Source of the DNA: Perkinsus olseni
Lineage: Eukaryota
Assembly: GCA_013115125.1 (NCBI GenBank)
Contig: JABANN010000255.1
Span: forward strand, 1 to 46,899
Direction of reading: 5' to 3'
DNA: 46,899 nucleotides
Both the position numbers and the translations under genes were made by a program. Numbering within the stretch: the first letter of the stretch is position 1; each line of letters opens with the position of its first letter. The notes beneath the pieces were generated by a model. It had not been told where the DNA came from, searched no databases, and saw only the letters and a list, made by a program, of their open reading frames with translations. Positions 36,965 to 46,899 of the stretch are shown piece by piece.

Positions 36965-38469
36965 ATGCCCCTTCCCTCCCATGTAACGACGCGAATCGGC
37001 GCCCCTCGGTTACTCTGGACACCAATCGCCCTCTTGCTTGTACTATCAACCTCGACAGCCTTGGTAAGTCCGCGAGTACTGCAGGCCCGTAGTCACTGCT
37101 ACTCTCAGGTCCCTGCCCCGTCCATTAGCGGGACGGCTCCTCCTCTCGCTCAGGCTAGCCTTGGCCTACCTCAACAGGCTCAAGGTTCGATCGGCGTCAT
37201 TGCCCCAGTAGTACTCAGCCAAACCTCACCTCTAGGCTAGGCTACTGCTCAGGTAGCACAACAACAGCAGCCGGTGTTGCAGACGACTACGGTGACCCCT
37301 CTGACCGCCAATCCGTCAGAGTCACCACCATCCCAGTTTGCAGCTCCCGTAATGGCGTTTGCAGGGAATCCAGGTAAAGGATGCGATGCGAATTGGTCCA
37401 TTTATGGTATCATACCATTGGTATGTCATGTGATACGCATAGCAGACTGTCAAAACCCGCTTCCCGTTCGCGATAATGGAGCGATCCCTAGACTTGAAAA
37501 CTGTTAGGCTAACAGTGTTAGCTCCTCATGGTTTACATCAGGTCTTCGACAGCAGGCCACCAATGAGGCTCCGGCGAGATCAGGCGGCCTGCCTTACTAT
37601 GCCGTTGTCCTCATTGTTATCGGATCTCTCATCCTTGCCACAGTGATCTTCTACGTCTGGACAAGTGAGGCTCTCTCCACTTCTCCTCCCTAGGCTCTAG
37701 TCGGTGTAACCAGGTCTCCGGTCGAAATCAGCACTAACGCGGATAAAGGCCCTGTTCAAGGGCGATCGAACGCGGAAGAGTTCATCGCCTGCGAACCATC
37801 ATCGAGAGCGTCGGATGAGTTATCGCGAAAGGTTACAAAACCACCAACGATACGGGAGGTTCCTCACCCCTCCTGGGGTAGGTGGCGATGCTCGAGATTG
37901 AGAAATTCCAGGTGGCGCTTCTTGGCAGGTTGAGTCAGACAGCGATGCGTCTTCGCGGCATCATCGCCATCACCACCACCACGCTCATGGGCGGAGCTCT
38001 CCTTCGGAGCGGTATGGGTGGGCCGAACATCGCCTGTTCCACGTCGTTGTTCGTGGCTGCTCTTTGCGCTACCAGCGGTCACTTACGGATGAGCTCCTGC
38101 TCTCAGCGACCACGGTCGTCACCATCATCATCACGCCGAAACGCCACGCAGTAAATCACCCGGGCCTTACACTAGCAGCTCAGCCTTCAGTCACGCGGAA
38201 AAGATAGGTAGGGGACGCCTTGCATGTCGAGAGCTAAGCGAGCCATGTTCGTTTCCTGCTGTTGCACTTCCGTTCTTTCCAATGCTGGAAGCGGTCTTCG
38301 ACATGGGACGTACAGTGGTCCGTCTCGTCTCAGATGGAAGCCCTCAGCGTTCCCGATACCATCCCAGAGCGGTGGTTCGATGACGGTCGATTTATCACCA
38401 AACACGCACCATAAATCCTGTGCTACTTCGTCGTTATTCGTGACGACATTCGACTTCTGTGTTGAGTAA
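36965..38469 (+). CDS. Type I membrane protein: signal peptide, Gln/Pro/Thr-rich ectodomain, single TM, basic/His-rich tail (3' end uncertain)
   Basis: Exons read LLWTPIALLLVLSTSTAL, VAQQQQPVLQTTTVTP, TM YYAVVLIVIGSLILATVIFYVW, then SRHHRHHHHHAHGRSSP and DHGRHHHHHAETP. GT-AG junctions are visible. Confidence 0.65.
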
Positions 38470-39074
38470 ACCAGTCATCAATATGATAATCATCCCAAGG
38501 ACTAGCATGATAACGTGAACCATGCCAGTTGGTACGGCAGGCTGAGGCCTCCAGATCAGCTGAAGCTGAGCCCTCAGCACGAACGTCTCAACCTCAGTAT
38601 ACTTGATGCCTCACCCGAACTGTTGATTCATTACTCGAAGGTTGAGAAATGATCGACTCCGTTCCAATGCATAGAAAATGCAGATTATATCCCACACGCT
38701 ACACCCCCGGTGCTGAGCATTGTGAAAGTCTGCAGTTATGACACAAAAGTCGGGAGTTCAAAACTCGTCTTAATGCTAGATTGTGAAGGGTGTCGCTGTG
38801 ACCCAGCCCACCCTCATTAAACGCGGCGCCATTGAGTTCTCAAGAGGGGCCTAACTTGAGGAATGGGAAGAGCGGAAAACCACCATGATCTGATCTATTC
38901 CGATAGAGTATTGAGTGGGCCAAAAAGACCGGCCAAAGCTCGGCCTAGACAATGTTTGAAACGGGACCAAAGCGCTGGGGGCGACAGACTTAATATTGGC
39001 CAGCATCACTGGATCTACTAACGATAGCGGTGGTCAATCGTTGGAAGTATACCCTTCGTTGTCGGTCTTACGTA

Positions 39075-39896
39075 TCACTGGCCGCCACTGCCGGGGACAC
39101 TTTCATCCACAAGGTCTTTCTCGCCGGCATAGTTGAAGCTCCCCAAGCCGTTGACGTAGCCGGATACAACATAGCTGGTACGGGCGATGAAACCCCACTC
39201 GGGGCCGTCGCGATCGTAAACGAATACGTCGAGCTGCACTGAAGCAGAGACGTTGGTAGAAATGGCGTCCAAGCTCCCGGGGTATCGGAGGAATCTACCG
39301 GGTCTACCATTGACGCCGACATAACCTACGAAACGCCTCCGGTTCGAAGAGGATACTTCGTCCAAACCCGGTATCTTGACCTTCAAGTGCATCATTGTTC
39401 TCATATCCAGAAGCGCCACGTTATTTTGCAGACGATCTCTCCCTATCCGTGAGAAGGGTGGAATCTCTAGGCTCCACTCGAGCTTGCCGCCATTAGGGAG
39501 ATCAATTCGGAAGGTGGTGCGGCCGCTCCCTCGAAGTCCGACATCCACGGGGGATAGAGAGTCGTTGAGTACGACGAAGAGCTCGAAGCTGACTGTGGGT
39601 GGCTGAGACGTATCGTGAGAATTAGAAGGGGTCCGAGTAAAGTTAGTGTAGTTGGAGACGAGGAGCATCCCTGGGCTGATCATGGTCCTGTTCTCCCGAA
39701 TGTACAGGCAGTAGTCAGGAGGACCATTGGGACGGCCGGCACGCTCCTCCAGGCAATTCGGTGGTGACATAGCAATGATCGGCAAAGGCGGTTTTTGGAT
39801 GATACGCTGGCCTTGGTAAGGAGCCGTATCACCGCCTATCAGAGTGTCGTCGAGCATGACCAGCATACGTGTGAAGCAGAGATGAGTCGCGAGCAT
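39075..39896 (-). CDS. Intronless putative secreted protein, unknown family (copy 1)
   Basis: 273-aa ORF sharing PPNCLxxxxxRPxGPPxYCLYIRENxTxxxxGMLLVxN and SPVDxGLRGSGRTxFxxxLPxG with the adjacent ORF. Confidence 0.8.
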   Translation of the reverse strand: MLATHLCFTRMLVMLDDTLIGGDTAPYQGQRIIQKPPLPIIAMSPPNCLEERAGRPNGPPDYCLYIRENRTMISPGMLLVSNYTNFTRTPSNSHDTSQPPTVSFELFVVLNDSLSPVDVGLRGSGRTTFRIDLPNGGKLEWSLEIPPFSRIGRDRLQNNVALLDMRTMMHLKVKIPGLDEVSSSNRRRFVGYVGVNGRPGRFLRYPGSLDAISTNVSASVQLDVFVYDRDGPEWGFIARTSYVVSGYVNGLGSFNYAGEKDLVDESVPGSGGQ

Positions 39897-40248
39897 TTTG
39901 AACTGATGTAGAATAGTGAAGCTTAACCTGCTAGGGACCGAGACGGAATACTCATAGCGGTGTCATGCTGCCCCCCGGCTCAATGCAGCGCTATAAAGGT
40001 CCAAGAAAGGGCTAACTTTGATGGTGGAAGCATCGAAAACCACCGTAAACGAATATTTTGACTCGGGCATATATATCCAGGACGTGACTTGAAGGAGAGA
40101 CAAAGCTTGGGCAGAGACAAATGATCATCATAGCGGAGGAGCGAACTAAACTGCTCAGGGAAATAGGCCGGTATTGGTTATCATCTTCGAACCGTATCAT
40201 CTATCAAAAATCATGGATAATAGACGACTATTCGAAACTTGATGCTCA

Positions 40249-41064
40249 TTATTGATGAGCGCGATCAGGGACATCTTCCAGGAAAAGGAACTTCACGTCG
40301 CTGTAGTGAAAACTTTGAGAACCTCCAGGGAAACTGAAGACATCATGGTCGACATAGATTGAGTAAGACCACTGACGGCGGTCTACCTCGTAGCCGATGA
40401 AGACACTCAGGGATACTGAAGCGGAGAGATAGTCAGAGGTGGCCGATGTTCCGGGGGCAGATAAGATATATTTTGATGGGGTTTTCGTATCCACATAGCT
40501 TGAGAAGTTGAAATTAGTTGAAGATGACACGTTTCCAACACCAGGTACAGTGACCGTGAAGTTGAACATTGCTGGCATTTCAAGGGAAAGCAAACAGCTT
40601 CGTCCGCGATCTCCCCCTATGCGTGAGAAAGTTGGAATGACCAACTCCACGTCGAGCTTGGTACCACGAGGGAGGCTGAGCTCGAAGTTGGTGCGGCCGC
40701 TTCCTCGAAGCCCCATATCAACCGGTGATGAAGAGTCGTTCGATATGATGAACAAATCCATGCTGACTGGAGGAGTCTGCGACAATCCGACGAGATTCGA
40801 AGAGGTATCGGGAGTGTCGATGAAGTTGGGCACGAGGAGCATCCCTGCGTTCTGCACAGTTTTATTTTCTCGGATATATAAGCAGTACTGGGGAGGCCCT
40901 TCTGGACGGCGCTCGAGATCAGGCAGGCAATTCGGTGGGACCGAAGCAAGGATAGGCAGGAGAGGGTTGGACCCCTGGTTCCGGCCAGCAGACACTTCAC
41001 TGCCTCGGATGGAATCGACGGACGTCGTCAGAATATGAACCCAGACGAGAGAGACCGCGAGCAT
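40249..41064 (-). CDS. Intronless putative secreted protein, unknown family (copy 2)
   Basis: ATG at 41064 gives signal-like MLAVSLVWVHILTTSVDS. Colinear paralogue of 39075-39896. Confidence 0.8.
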   Translation of the reverse strand: MLAVSLVWVHILTTSVDSIRGSEVSAGRNQGSNPLLPILASVPPNCLPDLERRPEGPPQYCLYIRENKTVQNAGMLLVPNFIDTPDTSSNLVGLSQTPPVSMDLFIISNDSSSPVDMGLRGSGRTNFELSLPRGTKLDVELVIPTFSRIGGDRGRSCLLSLEMPAMFNFTVTVPGVGNVSSSTNFNFSSYVDTKTPSKYILSAPGTSATSDYLSASVSLSVFIGYEVDRRQWSYSIYVDHDVFSFPGGSQSFHYSDVKFLFLEDVPDRAHQ

Positions 41065-42496
41065 TTCCGAGTGATAAACACTTGCTAAGAAAAACCTGCT
41101 GGGAATGCGCTGCGGAAAGTCGGCGAGCAACAGGTAGCAAAGGTGAGTCGAAAGACCGCGATAGCATCCTCACGGATCCGAATGAAGCGGTAGCATCGGA
41201 TGGAACGCATGGATTAATGTAGTTGAGCAACATGCGGTGCGCAGGTATTCTTCAGGGAGATCCTGGCGAGGGCGAGTTGGATGCGAAGGATAGCTGAAAC
41301 CTAGTCTCCCTTCGGCTCACGGATGAGGCCTTCGATGGAAATGCGGACGAGTGGGGCTCGCGGTGGTTCCCTGGGGAATATGGCCAGAACGTGCTTGTCG
41401 ATTGTGCCGCTTGCGAATCCCACTAGCGCGTCGGCTGTCGAAATCTCTCGTCTGGGCCCTGCGCGTCGTTCCTGTTGTTAGCAAGCATCGTAGGTCGCGA
41501 CCGCGCCGACGCATCCAGATTGAAGCCATTACAGAGAGGCACTTCCGTGTTGTGCTCTGTATCGTAGGCTCCTCATTACTAGCGAGACCCTCAGTGGCAT
41601 AAATCAGTCTGATAGACCCTCACGAAGCAGCAAGTTCTCGCCTGCACATAATGGACGCCGTGTGTTCTGCAGCGTCCACTCGAGCCCTGAAGACTGTTGC
41701 CTCCACGGCCGATGAAGTCCGCTATGTCATATCGGGGTCTCGCGAGATTCAGCCCCAGGCTTTCGTCGCTGAGCGGGTTCGGGTAGATAAGTCTGCGACG
41801 CACGGACTATCGGTGCGGAGGGATTGACTTGTTCGCGACGTCCCCTTTATCCACGCATCTCTAGTGGACTACTACACCTTGAAGCTTTTTTCCTCCTTTG
41901 CGAGATTATGCTTTCAGCAGGATCGAAGATAGACGCCATGATACCCACCGGTATAATCGTGTCCTTTGAATGAGAGCAGTTTCGGCACCACATGGAGTGA
42001 AAAGAGTCGGTCCCCTCAGTGTGTGGAGCACACGCCGAAAACCCGTGATTTCACGGAGTTCTCGTCGGTGATAGAACGATCAATCTCTCAGTGCAACACC
42101 GATCCTCCTGCACGCCGTCGTGTGAGCCCTGCGCATCCGGCAAGGGTAGCATTCATGATCCGTGTATCTTGGAGTCGGCCAATCGTTCTGGGTTGTTGCC
42201 TCGCTGCGGTTATTGAGACAATAACCGCAGCTCTGCGAATCTGGCGATGCGAGCGTTTAGCAAGTCGAAGTGACGGTCACACTGTGACATCGAGCCCCTA
42301 CACCGAGCATGCTCGCTTCAACCCTCGGGCGATGAAGGTCGTCCTGAGTAATGTGCTTTTAAGGTTCAACACGGACCATGTTTTTCGTGCCACGGCATCG
42401 TTGGTATGCGGTCTCGGGTGATCAATTGACACCATCTCATTGGACACCAGCAGCCAGACATGATCAGAAACAGCGCAATAACATGAAGCCCTTCGC

Positions 42497-44437
42497 TCAG
42501 CCTTTGTGCTTTCTCTTCATACTCACAACTTGAGGAAGAGAGGCTTCAACCGCGGCCTGACAGGGCTGGGGTCATCACCAACTCCCCTCGATCATCCCCA
42601 CCTGCGCCTGGCGCCTGACCAGCTTTTGCTCCAGATTCATTCTGGCAATTTGCTCAGCTCGCTGACTATTCTCCTTCGATATCCGCAGCGCCTGGAGAGG
42701 TGCAAAGCCGTAACGTGCAGGAAACTTCAGCAACGGGCTGGCAATCTGTCGTCACCTCCTCCACCGTAACGATCGAGCCCGGGTCGAAATAAGTCTCATC
42801 CTTCTTCTCCTCTTTTTTAATCTGCCATCATGAGAATTTTTATAAATGGCATCGGCGAGCTTCTACATTGTGCGGTATATTGAGGGCTTGCTCGACCATG
42901 GGGAGCCTCAAGATCCGATTCTGAGTTATCGCCCACATGGCATTCGTGCCTGCAGGGGACGTCTGGGAGGCAAGTCACCTCAGCCGCGCTCACAGGTGTA
43001 GACGAAAAGCCCAGCAGGGAGGTACATAGTCGCGGGCAGGGCAATGACACAGAGGGCTCGGAAACCGTGACGAGAGTATTTCTGCATGGTCTTCTGGTCG
43101 ATACCTAAAACACAGCTGCTGTTCCTCCGACCAACAGGATGCCCCACCGAGTTTGTTTTTAGTGTCAGGCCGGTCACCGGCCTCCGCTGCCTGGGCCGAA
43201 TCGATCGAGCCGAAGAACTCGATATTGGTCAATAGCAGAGCCGAAGCCAAAACAGGGAGCACTATGATCCTGACCAGTGGTGCAATATGATGGTACCGAA
43301 GAGGACCCCTACGGATCAGAGAGGGCCAGTGAATCCAGCCACAACGGCGTCTCCATAGGGAAACCTGACCATACCAGAAATTACCCTCATCATACTATTG
43401 ATGAGGTTGTCATTGACGGAGCATCCTGACCTTTAAAAATGTGTGGATGGTTGGACATCTGGCGCATCGCGAGGAAAGCGGTGGTGAAGATCGGTATCTG
43501 TACGAACATGCCCATCATGCCCTTCATCGTCACCATCGACCCATGCTCCTTGATAAATTGAGAGTACCTGCTAGCGCACGACTACCTCACAGCAGGAGCC
43601 GCCGTGCCGTCAGCACTTCGTCTGGGCACGGATAAGTTGTTGTTGGCTGCCCTTCTTCTCAGCCTCTTTCATTTCTGCACTCAATGCCTGCAACAGAGAG
43701 ATCGCCACCAAGACCAAGAGAGGGGCTCACATCCAGCTGCGGCATGATCCTCTGCTTCACTCGACCAGCTCTCATGGATGATATCAGCAGCGGCAGCACC
43801 ATTATCCTAACCTGAGGATGTACGGTGGCCTCCCAACCCAACCCACCTCGCCAACCCCACCCACCACAGTCGCCGCGGCTGCTATTGATGCCATCCAGCT
43901 GTGCCCCGGCATATAGTCGTGGATCTGAGATGGCAAGTGTTCCCCCACATCGCTGAAGGTTTGGCGGGTTCGTGCCATATCTGTATAGCCTTTTGTATAT
44001 CTTTTAGCGCGACCAACCGTATGGGCCACAACCAATTGAGCGGATGGGATACTACAGTAATTATGAAAGACTGCATGAGGTCCACAGGGAGGTAGGGGTC
44101 ATAGGAAGAGGCCAGCTCTGCCCCTCTAGCGTGGGCCTCATCCACGCATCTAGAAGGCGATGGCTGGTACTCGAGAGCATCATCGAGGTACCCACCTCTC
44201 CATCAGATTGAATGACGGTGTATTCTCTGGGTAGTAGTTATGGTACTTGCCCAGTGATGGTATGTCAAACTGCTGGTAGAAGGACACGTCATGTGCCTGC
44301 AGCACCCCTCCATCGCCAGCCGAGGCCTCCGACGTTCTCCACACAGCCTCTGCCATCGTCGTTGTGGAAAACCTCCGCGATGCCGCCGAGCAAGCCAGGC
44401 GACGGCTGGCCAACGGCGTCAACGCCTTCGAGAGCAT
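42497..44437 (-). CDS. OXA1: Mitochondrial inner-membrane insertase, Oxa1/YidC/Alb3 family (multi-exon)
   Basis: Presequence MLSKALTPLASRRLACSAASRRFST. Exons read SWMASIAAAATV/VRIMVLPLLISS, MFVQIPIFTTAFLAMRQM, LWLDSLALSDP..VLPVLAS and LPAGLFVYTCTNAMWAITQNRILRLPMV, with a basic tail ending MKRKHKG-stop. Confidence 0.9.
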
Positions 44438-44596
44438 TACCGCGGACTAAGCCGCCGAACTAGAAAAATTTAACACGATCATCGTTAGGCGTGTAAGGGC
44501 ATGTCCCGCTCGTTGATTGTTCCCCTCCCGACCGATAACAGGACTTCAACTCAAGAGCCCGTTAGGTGTTGAACAACGTCTTCAGTGCTTATGCTA

Positions 44597-46250
44597 CTAC
44601 GTTCCATGACTATTAACAGCGGCTGAACTAAGGCACACTAGCGCAGCACCTGGGCCTCTAACAGCTGGACCTGACGTCGGGTGGGAATGACGACTAGAGC
44701 CGACGTATTCTCGAGATGACCTACTGCTCGCTCGAGACGGTCCTGCCTCTTGGCAACCTTCTCCACTTGGTTTTGAATATGCATAATGCACGTTTCGCTT
44801 CGTCTGATGTGACCCTCAAGAATTGCCTTCAGTTCATCGACGTATCTTGAGGTTGAAGAATAGCCCACTCATTTCTGCTCTTCAACCTCACTGATGCTGC
44901 TCTCGGGCACTGGCAGTCGCCTCCTCTTTGCACTGCGCTACGCTCTCGTTGACGGCCTGTATGTCCCTCCAAAGATCGTCACACCTCGACTGGGAACTAT
45001 AGACTGCTTCATTGTGAGCCTGCAAACATCAAGATGAAGTCGTTAATCACCGCGCCCGATCAGTTGATGTGTAGAGCGGCACACTGCTGTTCGATAAAGC
45101 GTGGGTTCAAATCCCAACGACGACTGCATCGAGTCGGACCCCCTCGACTAGAGCGTGCCTCGACCCTTTTGCCGCCTTTTCAGCTACTGATGCTATTTAA
45201 AAAACGCCGCTCTCGGAGTCAGCGACGGCCTATCGCTACTACAGTAGTCCAGCTCGCACCCATATCACCTGGCGCAGCAAGTCTATCCCTTCCGACACCC
45301 GCTCGACCTTCTGTCTCAACGTCAGCTGCCCGAGCCTACTAGACTGGTGCAGCCCCAGGGACAGGGACCCCGACGTGAGAGATGCTCCCTGACAACAGCC
45401 ATCATGGACTCTCTCTGACCAGGCTGATCACTACCCTTAAGCCTCGACTACCTCTATAATGGTGTCCAGAGGCGATCAGAGGTATCTCATCCTGAAGGGA
45501 GACGAACACGATATGCAACAGCAGTGTAACAGATAGCATCCCGAGTACAGATACCTTCACAGCTTACCAGTCGGTCGACTGACGCTTCCATTTCATCATC
45601 CCCGCCCTCCGAGCCACGTGGACTCAACATGAAGTGTTTCGGGCCGGGCGATCGATCTGGCGAACACCAAGTCAAGAGCGGGCGCAGTGTAACGGCAAAA
45701 TCCCTACACGCGTAACCAACGCTGGCCGCGTTAGTGGCGTCTATGGGAGAGTTAATTAGGCCATTGACGACGCGGCTGGGGGACCTCGCCTGGCAACGGG
45801 AGGAGTGTGGCGTTCCTGGAGGGTCGCTTTCGGGGGCAACCATCGGCAACAACGAAGGCTGACTAGAAGCAGCAGCGACACTAACACCCCGTCATCTTCA
45901 ACGCACCACAATCGTGAGACCTAGAGGCATGCTGATACAGGCGAGCGGCGGAAACGTAATCGTTGATCACACGAGAGCACCCCGCTTCCGGTAGATAATC
46001 TGACCAGGGCCGTGAGGACCGGCACCTGCCTGCACAACACTCCAAGTGCGACAACTCCAGTTTGAGCGGCGACTACTCTACTCGCTGCGCCAAAGAGAGT
46101 CCTGTTTTCGGCAGGATGGGAATCCCGCTCCGTTTGGATCTTCATTCACCCGACCAACTCAACGGGCGGTGCTAGATGAGAAGCTCCAATGAACCATTGC
46201 ACTAGTCACAACAACCCAACCCTTCTACATTTTCACAGGACGCTGGGCAG
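44597..46250 (-). CDS. Possible hypothetical spliced gene with short coiled-coil C-terminus
   Basis: Coding-like piece RYVDELKAILEGHIRRSETCIMHIQNQVEKVAKRQDRLERAVGHLE, plus low-complexity upstream fragments. Structure unresolved. Confidence 0.3.
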
Positions 46251-46899
46251 GTAGGCCCATCAGGCAAACCGATGCGGCCGCCGCTGCCTCCACACATAGA
46301 GACTCCCGACCGCAGAATCCTCAATGCTAAGGGGAATGGCGAGTCCATGCCGTCGACGCTGTCCTGATGGCTCATTTACACGTCACCTCTGGAGCGGCTT
46401 CCTCAGCAAGCTCATTTACTGTAACCACCCCGGCCCGGACAATAGTCAACGCATGCCACTACCGGGCTTTCGAGTGAATTGATCTCCCGGTGTTACCCTA
46501 TTACGGCAGCCCTTCCTCTCTCACGCTTCTAACAAACTCACAGCGTGCAGCTCCCTTGGAACAAAGAAAGTAAATCATATACACCTTCGACGAGGAACGA
46601 ACCCGCTGTCCGTTCCGTTTTTTACTGGGAAGTGAAACGTTTATCAATGGCCTTAAGTTAAGGCCCTTAACCAGCCAAACAGACAAACAGCTCTCGCGAG
46701 TGCAGACCAATCAATAGTAGGTAGTGCAGACATGTTAGCTTACTTAGTTTTCAGCCGTTGGGCCTTCCTCAGGAATGGTAACGCGCAATTTTTGGTAGCG
46801 CACGCCATTGTGATCGATTTTTCGTCTTGTTGTAGTTCCATGGAGACCCTGTGTTGTTTGATGAACCCGAAGCCATGGTGAGTGAATGATAACAGATTA

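Noticed and set aside
41317-42430. Possible gene between the secreted pair and Oxa1
   Set aside because: Could not assemble a consistent spliced frame or recognise a domain; left unannotated.
42880-42920. Apparent frameshift in the Oxa1 gene
   Set aside because: Recounting the G run gives in-frame LRLPMVEQAL.

Overview
Gene-dense eukaryotic nuclear DNA with many short (~40-50 nt) spliceosomal introns. It is most likely a perkinsid alveolate (Perkinsus-like): it contains a match to the Perkinsus-type 22-nt spliced leader, and the gene style fits. Contents in order: (1) the 3' end of a cytosolic HSP70; (2) a ~2.7 kb degenerate zone with a DEAH-helicase fragment, a possible TIR element and a perfect 16-bp hairpin; (3) an ~18 kb minus-strand run of two GNAT/SSAT-like acetyltransferases, an FHA + giant coiled-coil protein, a CFAP410-like LRR protein, a DCXR-like SDR, eIF6, tRNA-Pro(UGG), a syntaxin and a PGPGxY-repeat protein; (4) a DnaJ protein, an intronless hypothetical, and two divergent intronless POT/PTR peptide transporters; (5) a secreted Cys-module protein, a DYRK-family kinase that has lost its catalytic residues, a His-rich type I membrane protein, two tandem intronless secreted paralogues and mitochondrial Oxa1. 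The most striking item is a spliced-leader sequence with SL-RNA-like downstream structure, nested antisense in an enlarged intron of one GNAT paralogue. Spliced models were assembled by eye, so exon boundaries and some starts are approximate.
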